The translations under genes and the position numbers were made by a program. Of a stretch of 64,000 bases of DNA, positions 34,186-42,591 are shown piece after piece. The stretch is from contig JAZSFD010000050.1 of the NCBI GenBank assembly GCA_045532035.1, forward strand, positions 6,751 through 70,750, given 5' to 3'. The first letter of the stretch is position 1. Each line of letters opens with the position of its first letter. This DNA is from Eubacteriales bacterium. Its GTDB lineage: Bacteria > Bacillota > Clostridia > Oscillospirales > CAG-382. The notes below the pieces were generated by a model, which ran no database searches, was not told where the DNA came from, and saw only the letters and a program-made list of their open reading frames with translations.

Positions 34186-35217
34186 ATGTCTTCAACCAAA
34201 CAATTCATTCTCTCTTTTCTGATATGCCTTGCGGCGTTTTCTTTCATTGCCCTGGGACTTTCCCGATTCATGACAAAGGATGATGAAAACAACGGCCCCG
34301 TCCAAAGTGAGGTTCAAGGGCAGCAGGGCACAAAAACCGATGACGAAAAGCTCGAAAATATGCTTACAACAACAGGTAAATCCGTCTGCGGTCTTGTGGT
34401 GGGGCTTGATCCCGTTGATACCGAAAACCCCGAGATCGACGCTCTTATCGTTGTCAAAGCCGATGTTTCGAACAAAAAGCTTTATGTTTGCTCGATTCCC
34501 ACAGATACAAAATATGAGATCTCGGGAACATATCTTGTTGACGGCGAAAAGCAGGATTATACATATACCATGAGCTTCAAGGAAACTGTCATCAACAGAA
34601 GCGAGAACCTTTCGGATTATACCGACGGACTTGAATATCTTACCGGAAAGGTAAGCGCACTGACAGGACTTGACATCGAATACTACATCGCCCTCACAGG
34701 TAATCAGGCGGCAGGTGTGTTCAATGTGTTCACCGGAGGCGGAATCAAGGACTATATCGTCCCGGAGGCCATGAAATATGATGCCGACCCGAAATATGAT
34801 CCGGAGACAGACGAGGTCATCTATGACTATTCGGGAGCACTTGACATCAATCTTTACGAAGGCAAGCACGAGCCGCTGACAGGTGCAAAAGCTGTCGGGC
34901 TTTCGCGATATCTTGACTATAAGACAGGCGACGGTCAGACAAACCGCTGTACCACCCAGGTAGAGCTTATCGAAAGCTTTGTTAAGACAGCGCTAACCGC
35001 CGACAACAGCCTTAAAGCAACACTGCTTACCATGAAGGATCCCCTGACCACCTTTGCCATCAACAAGAAAAACACCAACATAACCACCGCTGATATCATC
35101 AAGCATCTTGATCTTGCTTTTTCTCTTTCGGAGTATGAATTTGTTTCTGTTCCGTTCCGTTACAACAACATCGTCAGAAACGATAAGGTTTCTACTCTGC
35201 GCGAACATTTTCAATAA
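34186..35217 (+). CDS. Membrane-anchored protein with a divergent LCP (LytR-CpsA-Psr)-like domain
   Basis: 343 aa with an N-terminal TM helix. GLVVGLD...IDALIVVKADVSNKKLYVCSIPTDT...LTGLDIEYYIALTG aligns by eye to LCP blocks, but the SIPRD arginine is replaced (SIPTD). Confidence 0.5.
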   Translation: MSSTKQFILSFLICLAAFSFIALGLSRFMTKDDENNGPVQSEVQGQQGTKTDDEKLENMLTTTGKSVCGLVVGLDPVDTENPEIDALIVVKADVSNKKLYVCSIPTDTKYEISGTYLVDGEKQDYTYTMSFKETVINRSENLSDYTDGLEYLTGKVSALTGLDIEYYIALTGNQAAGVFNVFTGGGIKDYIVPEAMKYDADPKYDPETDEVIYDYSGALDINLYEGKHEPLTGAKAVGLSRYLDYKTGDGQTNRCTTQVELIESFVKTALTADNSLKATLLTMKDPLTTFAINKKNTNITTADIIKHLDLAFSLSEYEFVSVPFRYNNIVRNDKVSTLREHFQ

Positions 35218-35279
35218 AAAATAATCTTACACCTCTGCATATATTTTCACTTCACGGAAAAAATATATGCGGAGGTGTT

Positions 35280-36149
35280 TTGATATTGAAAAATAAAAAC
35301 AACAGCGAAAGAAACATGAAAATAAAGCGACAGCTCATAAGCGCAGGGGTTTACATAGCCCTGGCGGTAACTGTTCTTCTCATCACTTCAAACAGTGTGA
35401 AAAAGATCATGAACAGCACCAACGGCTATGAGCTTCCCAAGTTTGACACAACACCGCAAAAGGTGATCTTCCCCTCTCTTGACGAAGAAAACGGCAACAA
35501 AAAGGAAGAGCAAAGCAAAGAGGATTCCCCCTCTGCCGTGCTGCCCGAACAAAAAGAGATAATCCCTCAGGATATCATCGTTTCGGATGCGCCCGGGGAT
35601 GTTTCGGCGCAGATAGATGAGTCTGCAGCTGAACTTTCTGCAGAAAATGTACCAATTTCGGGGGAGCCCGATGATGAACCGATCCCCGAAAACATTCCGC
35701 AGGACGATCTCTCCCGCTTTGACAGCAATGTCATCCCCGATGTGCGTGTGAAACCAACCTCGGGATATATCAGCCGCGAGTATTCAAGGGACGAGCTGAT
35801 ATATACCCCCACCATGAACGATTTCAGAACCCACGACGGCATCGACATAACGGGTGATATCGGAAGTCCCGTTGTCGCCTTTGCCGACGGAGTGATAGAA
35901 GATGTCTACAATGATCCTTTCATGGGAACGACCGTGGTCATTCGTCATTCGGGAGGGCTTGTTTCGTGCTATTCGAATCTTTCCGAAAATCTGCCTCAGA
36001 ATGTGAGGGTAGGTGCTGTTGTTGCTGTCGGCTCGACCATCGGCGGCATCGGAGAATCCGCCATTGTGGAAAGTGCCGAGGTGCCTCATGTCCATTTTGA
36101 GCTTTATAAGGATGAGCTTTGCATTGATCCCGAGGAATATCTCGGTTGA
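35280..36149 (+). CDS. Membrane-anchored M23 (LytM) family metallopeptidase, SpoIIQ-like architecture
   Basis: Contains the HDGIDI (HxxxD) and HVHFE (HxH) zinc motifs, with an N-terminal TM helix. The start is uncertain: TTG at 35280 or 35286, or ATG at 35316. Confidence 0.85.
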   Translation: MILKNKNNSERNMKIKRQLISAGVYIALAVTVLLITSNSVKKIMNSTNGYELPKFDTTPQKVIFPSLDEENGNKKEEQSKEDSPSAVLPEQKEIIPQDIIVSDAPGDVSAQIDESAAELSAENVPISGEPDDEPIPENIPQDDLSRFDSNVIPDVRVKPTSGYISREYSRDELIYTPTMNDFRTHDGIDITGDIGSPVVAFADGVIEDVYNDPFMGTTVVIRHSGGLVSCYSNLSENLPQNVRVGAVVAVGSTIGGIGESAIVESAEVPHVHFELYKDELCIDPEEYLG

Positions 36150-36161
36150 TGCTATGATAGA

Positions 36162-36196
36162 AAAAAGGATCGGCGGTGCCGGTCCTTTTGTTTTTT
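36162..36196 (+). terminator. Rho-independent terminator
   Basis: The stem aaaaggatcgg/ccggtcctttt has one mismatch and is followed by GTTTTTT. Confidence 0.6.
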
Positions 36197-36276
36197 ATCA
36201 AACATATTGTTTCATTTCAGCAAATCAAATATATTTATTACCCGTTTTTTATTATGCAATGCAAATGACATCATTA

Positions 36277-36293
36277 TAAGGCAATTTGCCTTA
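36277..36293. promoter_or_regulatory. Perfect 17-bp palindrome, candidate operator upstream of the XRE regulator gene
   Basis: TAAGGCAA-T-TTGCCTTA was read directly, about 45 nt upstream of the XRE start. A second palindrome, ataagg-N7-ccttat, follows it. Confidence 0.45.
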
Positions 36294-36336
36294 AAAGTCA
36301 ATAAGGTATATTCCCTTATGATAATATTCACATGAG

Positions 36337-36567
36337 GTGATTTTTTTGAAATACCGTATAAGAGACCTTCGGGAAGACAAAGATCTGCGCCAAAAAGAAA
36401 TTGCCGATCTGCTTCATATACACCAAACCACCTATTCCGACTATGAACTGGGAAATCTCAACATTCCGATTTCGGTCTTGTCACAGCTTGCGGATTTTTA
36501 TGAAACCAGCATCGACTATCTTGTGAGCAGAACAGACGAGAAAAAGCCATATCCAAAAAAGAAATAA
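36337..36567 (+). CDS. XRE family HTH transcriptional regulator (small, stand-alone)
   Basis: About 73-76 aa. Reads LREDKDLRQKEIADLLHIHQTTYSDYELGNLNIPISVLSQLADFYETSIDYL. The start is GTG at 36337 or TTG at 36346. Confidence 0.85.
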   Translation: MIFLKYRIRDLREDKDLRQKEIADLLHIHQTTYSDYELGNLNIPISVLSQLADFYETSIDYLVSRTDEKKPYPKKK

Positions 36568-36575
36568 GACAAGAA

Positions 36576-36603
36576 ACAGCACTCCTCACCGAGTGCTGTT
36601 TTG
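36576..36603 (+). terminator. Rho-independent terminator
   Basis: A 9-bp stem acagcactc/gagtgctgt is followed by a short T-run. Confidence 0.6.
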
Positions 36604-36654
36604 ATTTCAGCATTATTTAATGTTGCACCAAATTTGCACCAAATCAAAAATCAA

Positions 36655-36699
36655 GACAAAAAGAAAACCTCGAAAACGCTTTGTTTTCGAGGTTTTTTG
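36655..36699. terminator. Bidirectional terminator (serves rpsI on the minus strand)
   Basis: The stem aaaacctcgaaaac/ttttcgaggtttt has T-runs on both strands. Confidence 0.8.
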
Positions 36700-36720
36700 A
36701 TAACTCCCATTCGGGACAAA

Positions 36721-37122
36721 TTATCTCTTGCTGAACTGAGGAGCACGACGAGCTGCTTTGAGTCCGTACTTCTTTCTTTCCTTCATTCTGGGGTCACGAG
36801 TGAGGAAGCCTGCCTTCTTGAGAACCGAACGATAGTTGGGATCTGCCTGAAGGAGTGCTCTTGCGAGACCGTGACGGATAGCACCTGCCTGACCGGAAAC
36901 TCCGCCGCCCTTAACGGTGCAGATGAGGTCAAATGTGCCAGCTGTATTTGTGGATTCGAAAGGCTGGTTAACGATGAGCTTGAGTGTTCCGAGACCAAAA
37001 TAGTCACCGATGTCTCTGCCGTTGATGGTGATAACACCTGTACCGGGCATAATGCGAACACGGGCGATCGAGCTCTTTCTTCTTCCTGTGCCGTAGAAAT
37101 AAGGCTTTGCGCTTGTATACAT
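36721..37122 (-). CDS. rpsI: 30S ribosomal protein S9
   Basis: 133 aa. Reads [14 protein letters not shown]...[19 protein letters not shown]...[27 protein letters not shown]. Confidence 0.98.
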   Translation of the reverse strand: MYTSAKPYFYGTGRRKSSIARVRIMPGTGVITINGRDIGDYFGLGTLKLIVNQPFESTNTAGTFDLICTVKGGGVSGQAGAIRHGLARALLQADPNYRSVLKKAGFLTRDPRMKERKKYGLKAARRAPQFSKR

Positions 37123-37144
37123 AGTTTAGTTACTCCCTTCTCGA

Positions 37145-37570
37145 TTATTCAAGCACGATAGGCTTCTGAGCAGCGTTATCGTGTTCTGCGCCGGCGTAAA
37201 CATGAAGTCTTGTAAAGCTCTTGTCGCCGATCTTGTTGTGGGGGAGCATACCCTTAACTGCAAGCTCCATTGCCATTTCAGGCTTTGTCTGCATGAGAGT
37301 TCTGTAATCAACAGTCTTGAGACCGCCGATGTAACCTGTGTGGTACTGGTGTACCTTGTTTTCAAGCTTCTTGCCTGTGAGAACAGCCTTGGAAGCGTTG
37401 ATGATGATAACGAATTCGCCACAGTCAACATGGGGTGTGAATTCGGGTCTGTGCTTGCCGCGAAGAATGTCGGCAGCCTTAACAGCTGTTTTTCCGAGAG
37501 GCTTGCCGGCTGCATCGATAACATACCATTTGCGTTCGATGGTCTCGGCTTTTGCCATAAATGTAGACAT
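37145..37570 (-). CDS. rplM: 50S ribosomal protein L13
   Basis: 141 aa from [25 protein letters not shown] lies 10 nt upstream. The 10-aa extension in the track would begin too close to the promoter. Confidence 0.97.
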   Translation of the reverse strand: MSTFMAKAETIERKWYVIDAAGKPLGKTAVKAADILRGKHRPEFTPHVDCGEFVIIINASKAVLTGKKLENKVHQYHTGYIGGLKTVDYRTLMQTKPEMAMELAVKGMLPHNKIGDKSFTRLHVYAGAEHDNAAQKPIVLE

Positions 37571-37615
37571 AATCCTAAGTCCTCCAAAATATTTTTTCAT
37601 TAGTCAACGAGTATT

Positions 37616-37643
37616 ATTATAACACAAACTTTTGGTTTGTCAA
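37616..37643 (-). promoter_or_regulatory. Sigma-A promoter of rplM-rpsI
   Basis: On the minus strand: TTGACA (37643-37638), a 16-nt spacer, then TATAAT (37621-37616), with an extended -10 TGT just before the hexamer. Confidence 0.7.
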
Positions 37644-37934
37644 TACCTTTTTTCAAAAAAATACCTCAAAATGTCGTTTTTTTGCCTGTTTTCTTCGATT
37701 TTCTTTCGATTTCTCGGTGGCGAGGAACATTTTTGCACATTTTCAGAAGCTATGACGATATTTTTCCATCGATATCGCAAAAAGCTCGCCGTTTGTCGGA
37801 GGGGTATAGGTTATGTCATTGGCACCTGCGGCAATGGTTGCAAAACACCTCTTTTTTGTACATATATATTATAAATGTGTTTTTGGAAAAAAGTGCCGTA
37901 TTTTCACAAAAAACAATCTTTGGATTACTAATTA

Positions 37935-37960
37935 CAAAAACCGCCGGTCGGCGGTTTTGT
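37935..37960. terminator. Terminator after the AbrB-like gene
   Basis: The GC stem ccgcc/ggcgg is extended by A/T pairs and flanked by A5/T4 runs. On the minus strand it is followed by TTTTTG. Confidence 0.65.
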
Positions 37961-37986
37961 AATAATGTCGTGGATGAGAAAATATA

Positions 37987-38241
37987 TTAGAGGTAGTCAC
38001 AAAGCTCGGTGAGCTTCTTTGCACAATCGGCGCAGACGAGCTTGTCCTTGTATTTCACGGTGTTTTCACCCGATCCACAGAAAAGGCAAGCAGGGTTATA
38101 TTTCTTGAGTATGACCTTATCCTCGTCAACGAAGATCTCAAGAGGCTCGTCAACCCCGTATCCCATTCTTTTTCTCAGATCGGCAGGTAAAACGATTCGT
38201 CCCAGGCGGTCAACAGTGCGAACAATTCCCAAAGCTTTCAT
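37987..38241 (-). CDS. AbrB/SpoVT-type DNA-binding protein with a C-terminal CxxC...CxxC module
   Basis: 84 aa. GIVRTVDRLGRIVLPADLRKRMG is a SpoVT-AbrB swapped-hairpin motif. The C-terminus reads CLFCGS...CADCAKK. Confidence 0.85.
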   Translation of the reverse strand: MKALGIVRTVDRLGRIVLPADLRKRMGYGVDEPLEIFVDEDKVILKKYNPACLFCGSGENTVKYKDKLVCADCAKKLTELCDYL

Positions 38242-38394
38242 AGTCAGGCTCCCCCTTTGTTTTACAATTTTTGAAATTAATTAAGTCTCTTATTATTATT
38301 TATTATACAACATTTTTTGCCCAATGTCAACATTTTTTGTGATAAAAAATGTAATTTTGGCAAGTTTTGTCAAATAATTGTCAAGAAAGGTCGG

Positions 38395-38979
38395 ATGCGG
38401 ATGATATCGAAGGTTTTTTCGGTGCTGGTCAGCGCTTCTTTTGTCTTTGCGCTTCTTAATGGGCGGATGGAAGAATTGGGAGCAGCCATCATTTCGGGTG
38501 CCGCCGACGCAGTCAGCATTTCGGTCTCCATGCTCGGAATGCTCTGCCTTTGGAAAGGGGTAATAAACATTCTTGACTATGCGGGAGCCACAAAGCTTAT
38601 CTCAAAGCTTGTACAGCCTGTACTGAAGCTGATATATCCGGTTGCATTTTCGAAAAACTGCGGTGCCGATGAGATATGCGCAAATTTCGCCGCAAATTTT
38701 CTGGGACTCGGAAATGCCGCTCTTCCAATGGGTCTTTCGGCGATGGAAAAGCTTTCCCGCCTTGAAAACGGAGAAAATGATATGCTGACCTTTGCGGTGC
38801 TTGCCACAGCACCGATACAGCTTATTCCAACGACCCTCATCACCCTGCGCTCCGCCGCAGGATCGGTCTCTCCCTACGCCATCATTCCGCCCATCCTCAT
38901 CTGCTCTGTTGCAACCACAATTTTTGCAGTTATGCTCTGTAAGGTGTGCGCACTTTTTAATAAAAGGAGAAGAGAATGA
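38395..38979 (+). CDS. spmA: Spore maturation protein A (nucleoside recognition domain)
   Basis: From MRMISKVFSVLV. Reads AADAVSISVSMLGMLCLWKG...NFLGLGNAALPMGL. The track ORF start at 38317 has no RBS. Confidence 0.85.
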   Translation: MRMISKVFSVLVSASFVFALLNGRMEELGAAIISGAADAVSISVSMLGMLCLWKGVINILDYAGATKLISKLVQPVLKLIYPVAFSKNCGADEICANFAANFLGLGNAALPMGLSAMEKLSRLENGENDMLTFAVLATAPIQLIPTTLITLRSAAGSVSPYAIIPPILICSVATTIFAVMLCKVCALFNKRRRE

Positions 38980-39497
38980 CAAATCTTGCCTCTTTTTTTC
39001 TTCCGTCGGTCTTTTTATGTGTCGCTGCAATTTTGTTTTTTTCAAAAAAAGATCTGTTTCCCCTTTTCCTCTCGGGGTGCAAAGAAGGAGCAAGGCTGAC
39101 TTATGAGCTTCTGCCCACCCTGATTCTGCTTATAGTTTCGGTGAGAATGTTCTCGGCAAGCGGAGGGATGCAGGCGCTTTGTGCCGCCATATCTCCTTTG
39201 TGCAAAACCCTCGGTATCCCGACAGAGCTTCTGCCCGTGGCGATAATGCGTCCCATATCGGGAAGCGGTGCCACCGCCATGATAACCGAGCTTTTTGCCA
39301 CATCAGGTCCCGACAGTCGTGCGGGAGCTGCGGCATCGGTGCTGATGGGCTCGTCGGACACGATACTTTATACCCTTTCGGTCTATTTTTCTCATATAAA
39401 AGCGAAAAAGACAGGGTACGCCCTGCCTGTTTCGTTTGCAGTTATGATATTTTGTCTTGTTTTCTCAAGCTTTATCGCAAAGCTAATGCTTAGCTGA
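38976..39497 (+). CDS. spmB: Spore maturation protein B
   Basis: 173 aa. Reads AIMRPISGSGATAMITELF...LMGSSDTILYTLSVYF. It has an ATGA overlap with spmA. Confidence 0.85.
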   Translation: MTNLASFFLPSVFLCVAAILFFSKKDLFPLFLSGCKEGARLTYELLPTLILLIVSVRMFSASGGMQALCAAISPLCKTLGIPTELLPVAIMRPISGSGATAMITELFATSGPDSRAGAAASVLMGSSDTILYTLSVYFSHIKAKKTGYALPVSFAVMIFCLVFSSFIAKLMLS

Positions 39498-40428
39498 CCT
39501 GCGCTCCGCCCCATTCGACCACAGTGAATCCTTCTCTTTCGGGGGAAGAAAGCTCCTGGGCAGGTATTTCAACAGGCGATGACACAGGCTTTGTTGCCAT
39601 AAAAACTCTGATAAAAGTGTCGGGGGCAGGAGTTATGTCAAGATGTGCGTTTTCGGTATATACCTCGCTTTGGAATGAGATGAGATTATATTCATTTTTC
39701 TCCATACAAGGCAGCCAATAAACGATGAATTCGTTTGCCTCGCGGCGGGAAAGACCGAGCCTTGAAAGAGCATCTTCAAGAAATTCCGCAGAATCGGCAC
39801 CTTTTATGCAAAAGCCCTCCGAAAAGTCATATTCCACAGGACTTGTGCCCTCCCAATAGAGATAATTATACTCTTTTCCGTCCTTGTCAACAAGCGTTCC
39901 GTCGGGATTCGCCGTGACTTCCCATCCGCCGTCATATTTCGGATAGGTGCAAAAAAGCTTGCCCTTATAGTCAAGCTTTACGCTCACCTGTGTCGGTTTT
40001 TCGGGGTAAAGATAGATAACAGGCTTTTCATCGACGGCATAATAGACCTCATTGACGCGGTTTACCGTGATCTTTTCGGCATAATACCAACCGCTGACAC
40101 AATCGTCAAGCGAGCTGTCGGCGCTTTCTGCCGCATCTCCCGCAACAACGGTAACTGTCATTGCACCCGAAAGAAAATCAAAGTCGAATTCATCCTCGGC
40201 GATTCCCAGGAAATCAAGAACTCCCTTATCTTCGACCACAAGCTCGGTCTCTTCGGTAATGCGGAAAGCGATGTTTTCATCCTCGCAGACAAGCTCAAAA
40301 TACATATTTTCGCCGTTCTCGTCCTGACCGAAGGTGGCAATCTCCCCCTTTTTCAGCTTTCCCGAGTCACAACCCGCAATAATAGCCGAAACCAATAAAA
40401 TTGTCAAAAACGCTGTCAGCTTTTTCAT
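39490..40428 (-). CDS. Hypothetical lipoprotein
   Basis: From MKKLTAFLTILLVSAIIAGC, which is a signal peptide plus lipobox, with GGAGG upstream. I recognise no family for the roughly 290-aa mature part. Its 3' end overlaps the spmB 3' end by 8 nt. Confidence 0.75.
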   Translation of the reverse strand: MKKLTAFLTILLVSAIIAGCDSGKLKKGEIATFGQDENGENMYFELVCEDENIAFRITEETELVVEDKGVLDFLGIAEDEFDFDFLSGAMTVTVVAGDAAESADSSLDDCVSGWYYAEKITVNRVNEVYYAVDEKPVIYLYPEKPTQVSVKLDYKGKLFCTYPKYDGGWEVTANPDGTLVDKDGKEYNYLYWEGTSPVEYDFSEGFCIKGADSAEFLEDALSRLGLSRREANEFIVYWLPCMEKNEYNLISFQSEVYTENAHLDITPAPDTFIRVFMATKPVSSPVEIPAQELSSPEREGFTVVEWGGAQVS

Positions 40429-40516
40429 ATGGATCAATCCTCCTTTTGCTTTTTTAGACGGCAAAATGAGATGAAAGTTCCGATATCTCCAAAATCATTT
40501 CTTGTCTCTGTTTCTG

Positions 40517-40545
40517 TTGATTTTTCGGGTCGGATATGTTACAAT
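40517..40545 (+). promoter_or_regulatory. Sigma-A promoter of the metallophosphoesterase gene
   Basis: TTGATT (40517-40522), a 17-nt spacer, then TACAAT (40540-40545), with an extended -10 TGT just before the hexamer. Confidence 0.6.
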
Positions 40546-40588
40546 ATAATATAAATGAAAAAAGACAGCAAATGCGAGGTAGATATAA

Positions 40589-41713
40589 ATGCTTAAAATA
40601 TTCCACACCGCCGACATTCATCTTGATGCACCCTTCTCGCTTTCAGATCCCGTTGAGGCGGAAAAGCGCAGAACGGGTCTTCGAAGCACCTTTTGCTCGA
40701 TGATCCACGCGGCAAAGCGCATGGAGGCGGATGTTTTTTTGATCGCGGGAGATCTTTTTGAAGAAAGCTTTGTGACAAAAGACACGGCATCGGCAGTTCT
40801 TCGCGAGATAGAATCTTTCCCCTCCTGCCATTTCTTCATTATCCCGGGAAATCACGATCCTTACAGCGAAAGCTCTCCCTATGCGCTGCTCTCATGGCCC
40901 GAAAACGCCCATATTTTCAAGAGCACCGAGGTTACATATTTTGATCTTCCCGAAAAAAACGCGCGCATCTACGGACACGCTTACACCTCGAAGGAGCTGT
41001 CAGATGGAATCTTTGACGGCTTCCGCGTTGAGGACGAAAGCAAGATCAATATTCTTCTCGCCCACGGCTTTGTAAATATGCCCCAGTCGTCCTGCAATGT
41101 GCTCATGAAAAGCGACATTGAAAAAAGCGGGCTTGACTATGTGGCTCTCGGACACGTCCACGCAGGCACCGAATTTGAAAAAGCAGGCGATACATACTAT
41201 GCCTTTTCGGGCTGTGCCGTCGGACGAAGCTTTGACGAATGCGGCTATAAATCGGCGATCATAGGCGCAATTTCAAAGGAAAACGGCAAAGCTGATGTAA
41301 AACTCGGCAGATTCAAATGCTCCGGCCGCCGATTTGAAATTCTGAAGATAGATCTGACAGGCACAAAGAGTGAGGCTGAAGCGCTTTCGGCGATTGCCGA
41401 AAAAGGCGCAGAATATGGCGAGGACACCTCTTTGCGCATCATCATCGATGGCGCTGTGGCACCCGATATTTCAATTGATACCGAAAAAGTCAAAAAAGTT
41501 CTGAAAATGCCCGCATACATTGAGATCATCGACAACACCCTGCCCCTTTTCGATGCAGAAAAGCTCAAAGCCGACAAGACAGTCATCGGCGCTTTTTACA
41601 GAAGCCTTGAGGACAAGCTCGGCTCAAGTGACCCGAAGGTCAGAAAGACCGCCTTTCTTGCCCTGAAATACGGCCTTGCCGCCCTTTGCGGCAGAGACAT
41701 CGGGGCAGAATGA
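40589..41713 (+). CDS. Calcineurin-like metallophosphoesterase, SbcD/Mre11/YhaO-like DNA repair exonuclease
   Basis: 374 aa. Reads FHTADIHLD...LIAGDLFE...IIPGNHD...LLAHG...ALGHVH. Confidence 0.85.
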   Translation: MLKIFHTADIHLDAPFSLSDPVEAEKRRTGLRSTFCSMIHAAKRMEADVFLIAGDLFEESFVTKDTASAVLREIESFPSCHFFIIPGNHDPYSESSPYALLSWPENAHIFKSTEVTYFDLPEKNARIYGHAYTSKELSDGIFDGFRVEDESKINILLAHGFVNMPQSSCNVLMKSDIEKSGLDYVALGHVHAGTEFEKAGDTYYAFSGCAVGRSFDECGYKSAIIGAISKENGKADVKLGRFKCSGRRFEILKIDLTGTKSEAEALSAIAEKGAEYGEDTSLRIIIDGAVAPDISIDTEKVKKVLKMPAYIEIIDNTLPLFDAEKLKADKTVIGAFYRSLEDKLGSSDPKVRKTAFLALKYGLAALCGRDIGAE

Positions 41714-41835
41714 GTATTTGATTTTGTCATTTCACACAATATCGGATATTATCCAATATTGCGAAAACACGAAAAAACATTATAATATTTACCGTACCCC
41801 TGTGCGGTAAATATCCGACAACAGAGGACATAAAA

Positions 41836-42591
41836 TTGCAGGAACAACCCAAACTTGAAAAAGTGACCGACACCCTTTCGGTCTATCAGCAAAAAGGGGT
41901 CTTCTTCTATGGCACAGATGCCGTTTTGCTCTCGGCATACGCCTCGTGCGCCGTCAAAAGAAACTCTCAAAGCCGAGGGATTGAGCTCTGCTCGGGCACA
42001 GCCTTTGCGGCTCTTTCTCTCATTGACAGATTTCCGTATCTCTCAATGTCGGCACTTGAAATAAACGAAAAAGCGTGCGAGCTTTCAAGAATGAGTGCGC
42101 AGGTAAGCTCTCTTTCCGAAAGATTTTCGGTGACTTGCGGAGATGTAAAAAATGTCCGCTCGCTTTTCACCTCCGAGCGCTTTGATTTTGTCATCTGCAA
42201 TCCGCCGTATATGACGGCGACCAGCGGAAAAATGTGTGCCGACGATTATAAAACAGTGGCACGACACGAAATTCTTTGCAACATCGGCGATATATTTGCC
42301 GCCGCATATTTCCTTTTGGGAACCGGCGGAAGCTTATTCATCGTCTACCGTCCCGACAGGCTTTCATCGCTTTTCTCGGCGGCAAAGGAGAACGGGTTTG
42401 AGATAAAAAAGATGACCTTTGTTTTTTCAAAACCCGACCGCGAACCTCCGCTTGTGCTTTGTGAGGCAAAAAAGCAGGCAAAGGAGGGGCTTGTGATGAC
42501 AGCGCCCTTCTTCATTTACGGTCCTGACGGACAATATACCGAAAATATGCGCCGCGCCTGCGAGGAAGGAGAGATCTGCTTTGGCAAATGA
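41836..42591 (+). CDS. SAM-dependent methyltransferase, tRNA1(Val) m6A37 TrmN6/YfiC-like (YabB-like)
   Basis: 251 aa with a TTG start after AGAGGA. Has the NPPY motif (FVICNPPYM). It sits upstream of rsmI, as yabB-yabC does in Bacillus. Confidence 0.8.
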   Translation: MQEQPKLEKVTDTLSVYQQKGVFFYGTDAVLLSAYASCAVKRNSQSRGIELCSGTAFAALSLIDRFPYLSMSALEINEKACELSRMSAQVSSLSERFSVTCGDVKNVRSLFTSERFDFVICNPPYMTATSGKMCADDYKTVARHEILCNIGDIFAAAYFLLGTGGSLFIVYRPDRLSSLFSAAKENGFEIKKMTFVFSKPDREPPLVLCEAKKQAKEGLVMTAPFFIYGPDGQYTENMRRACEEGEICFGK

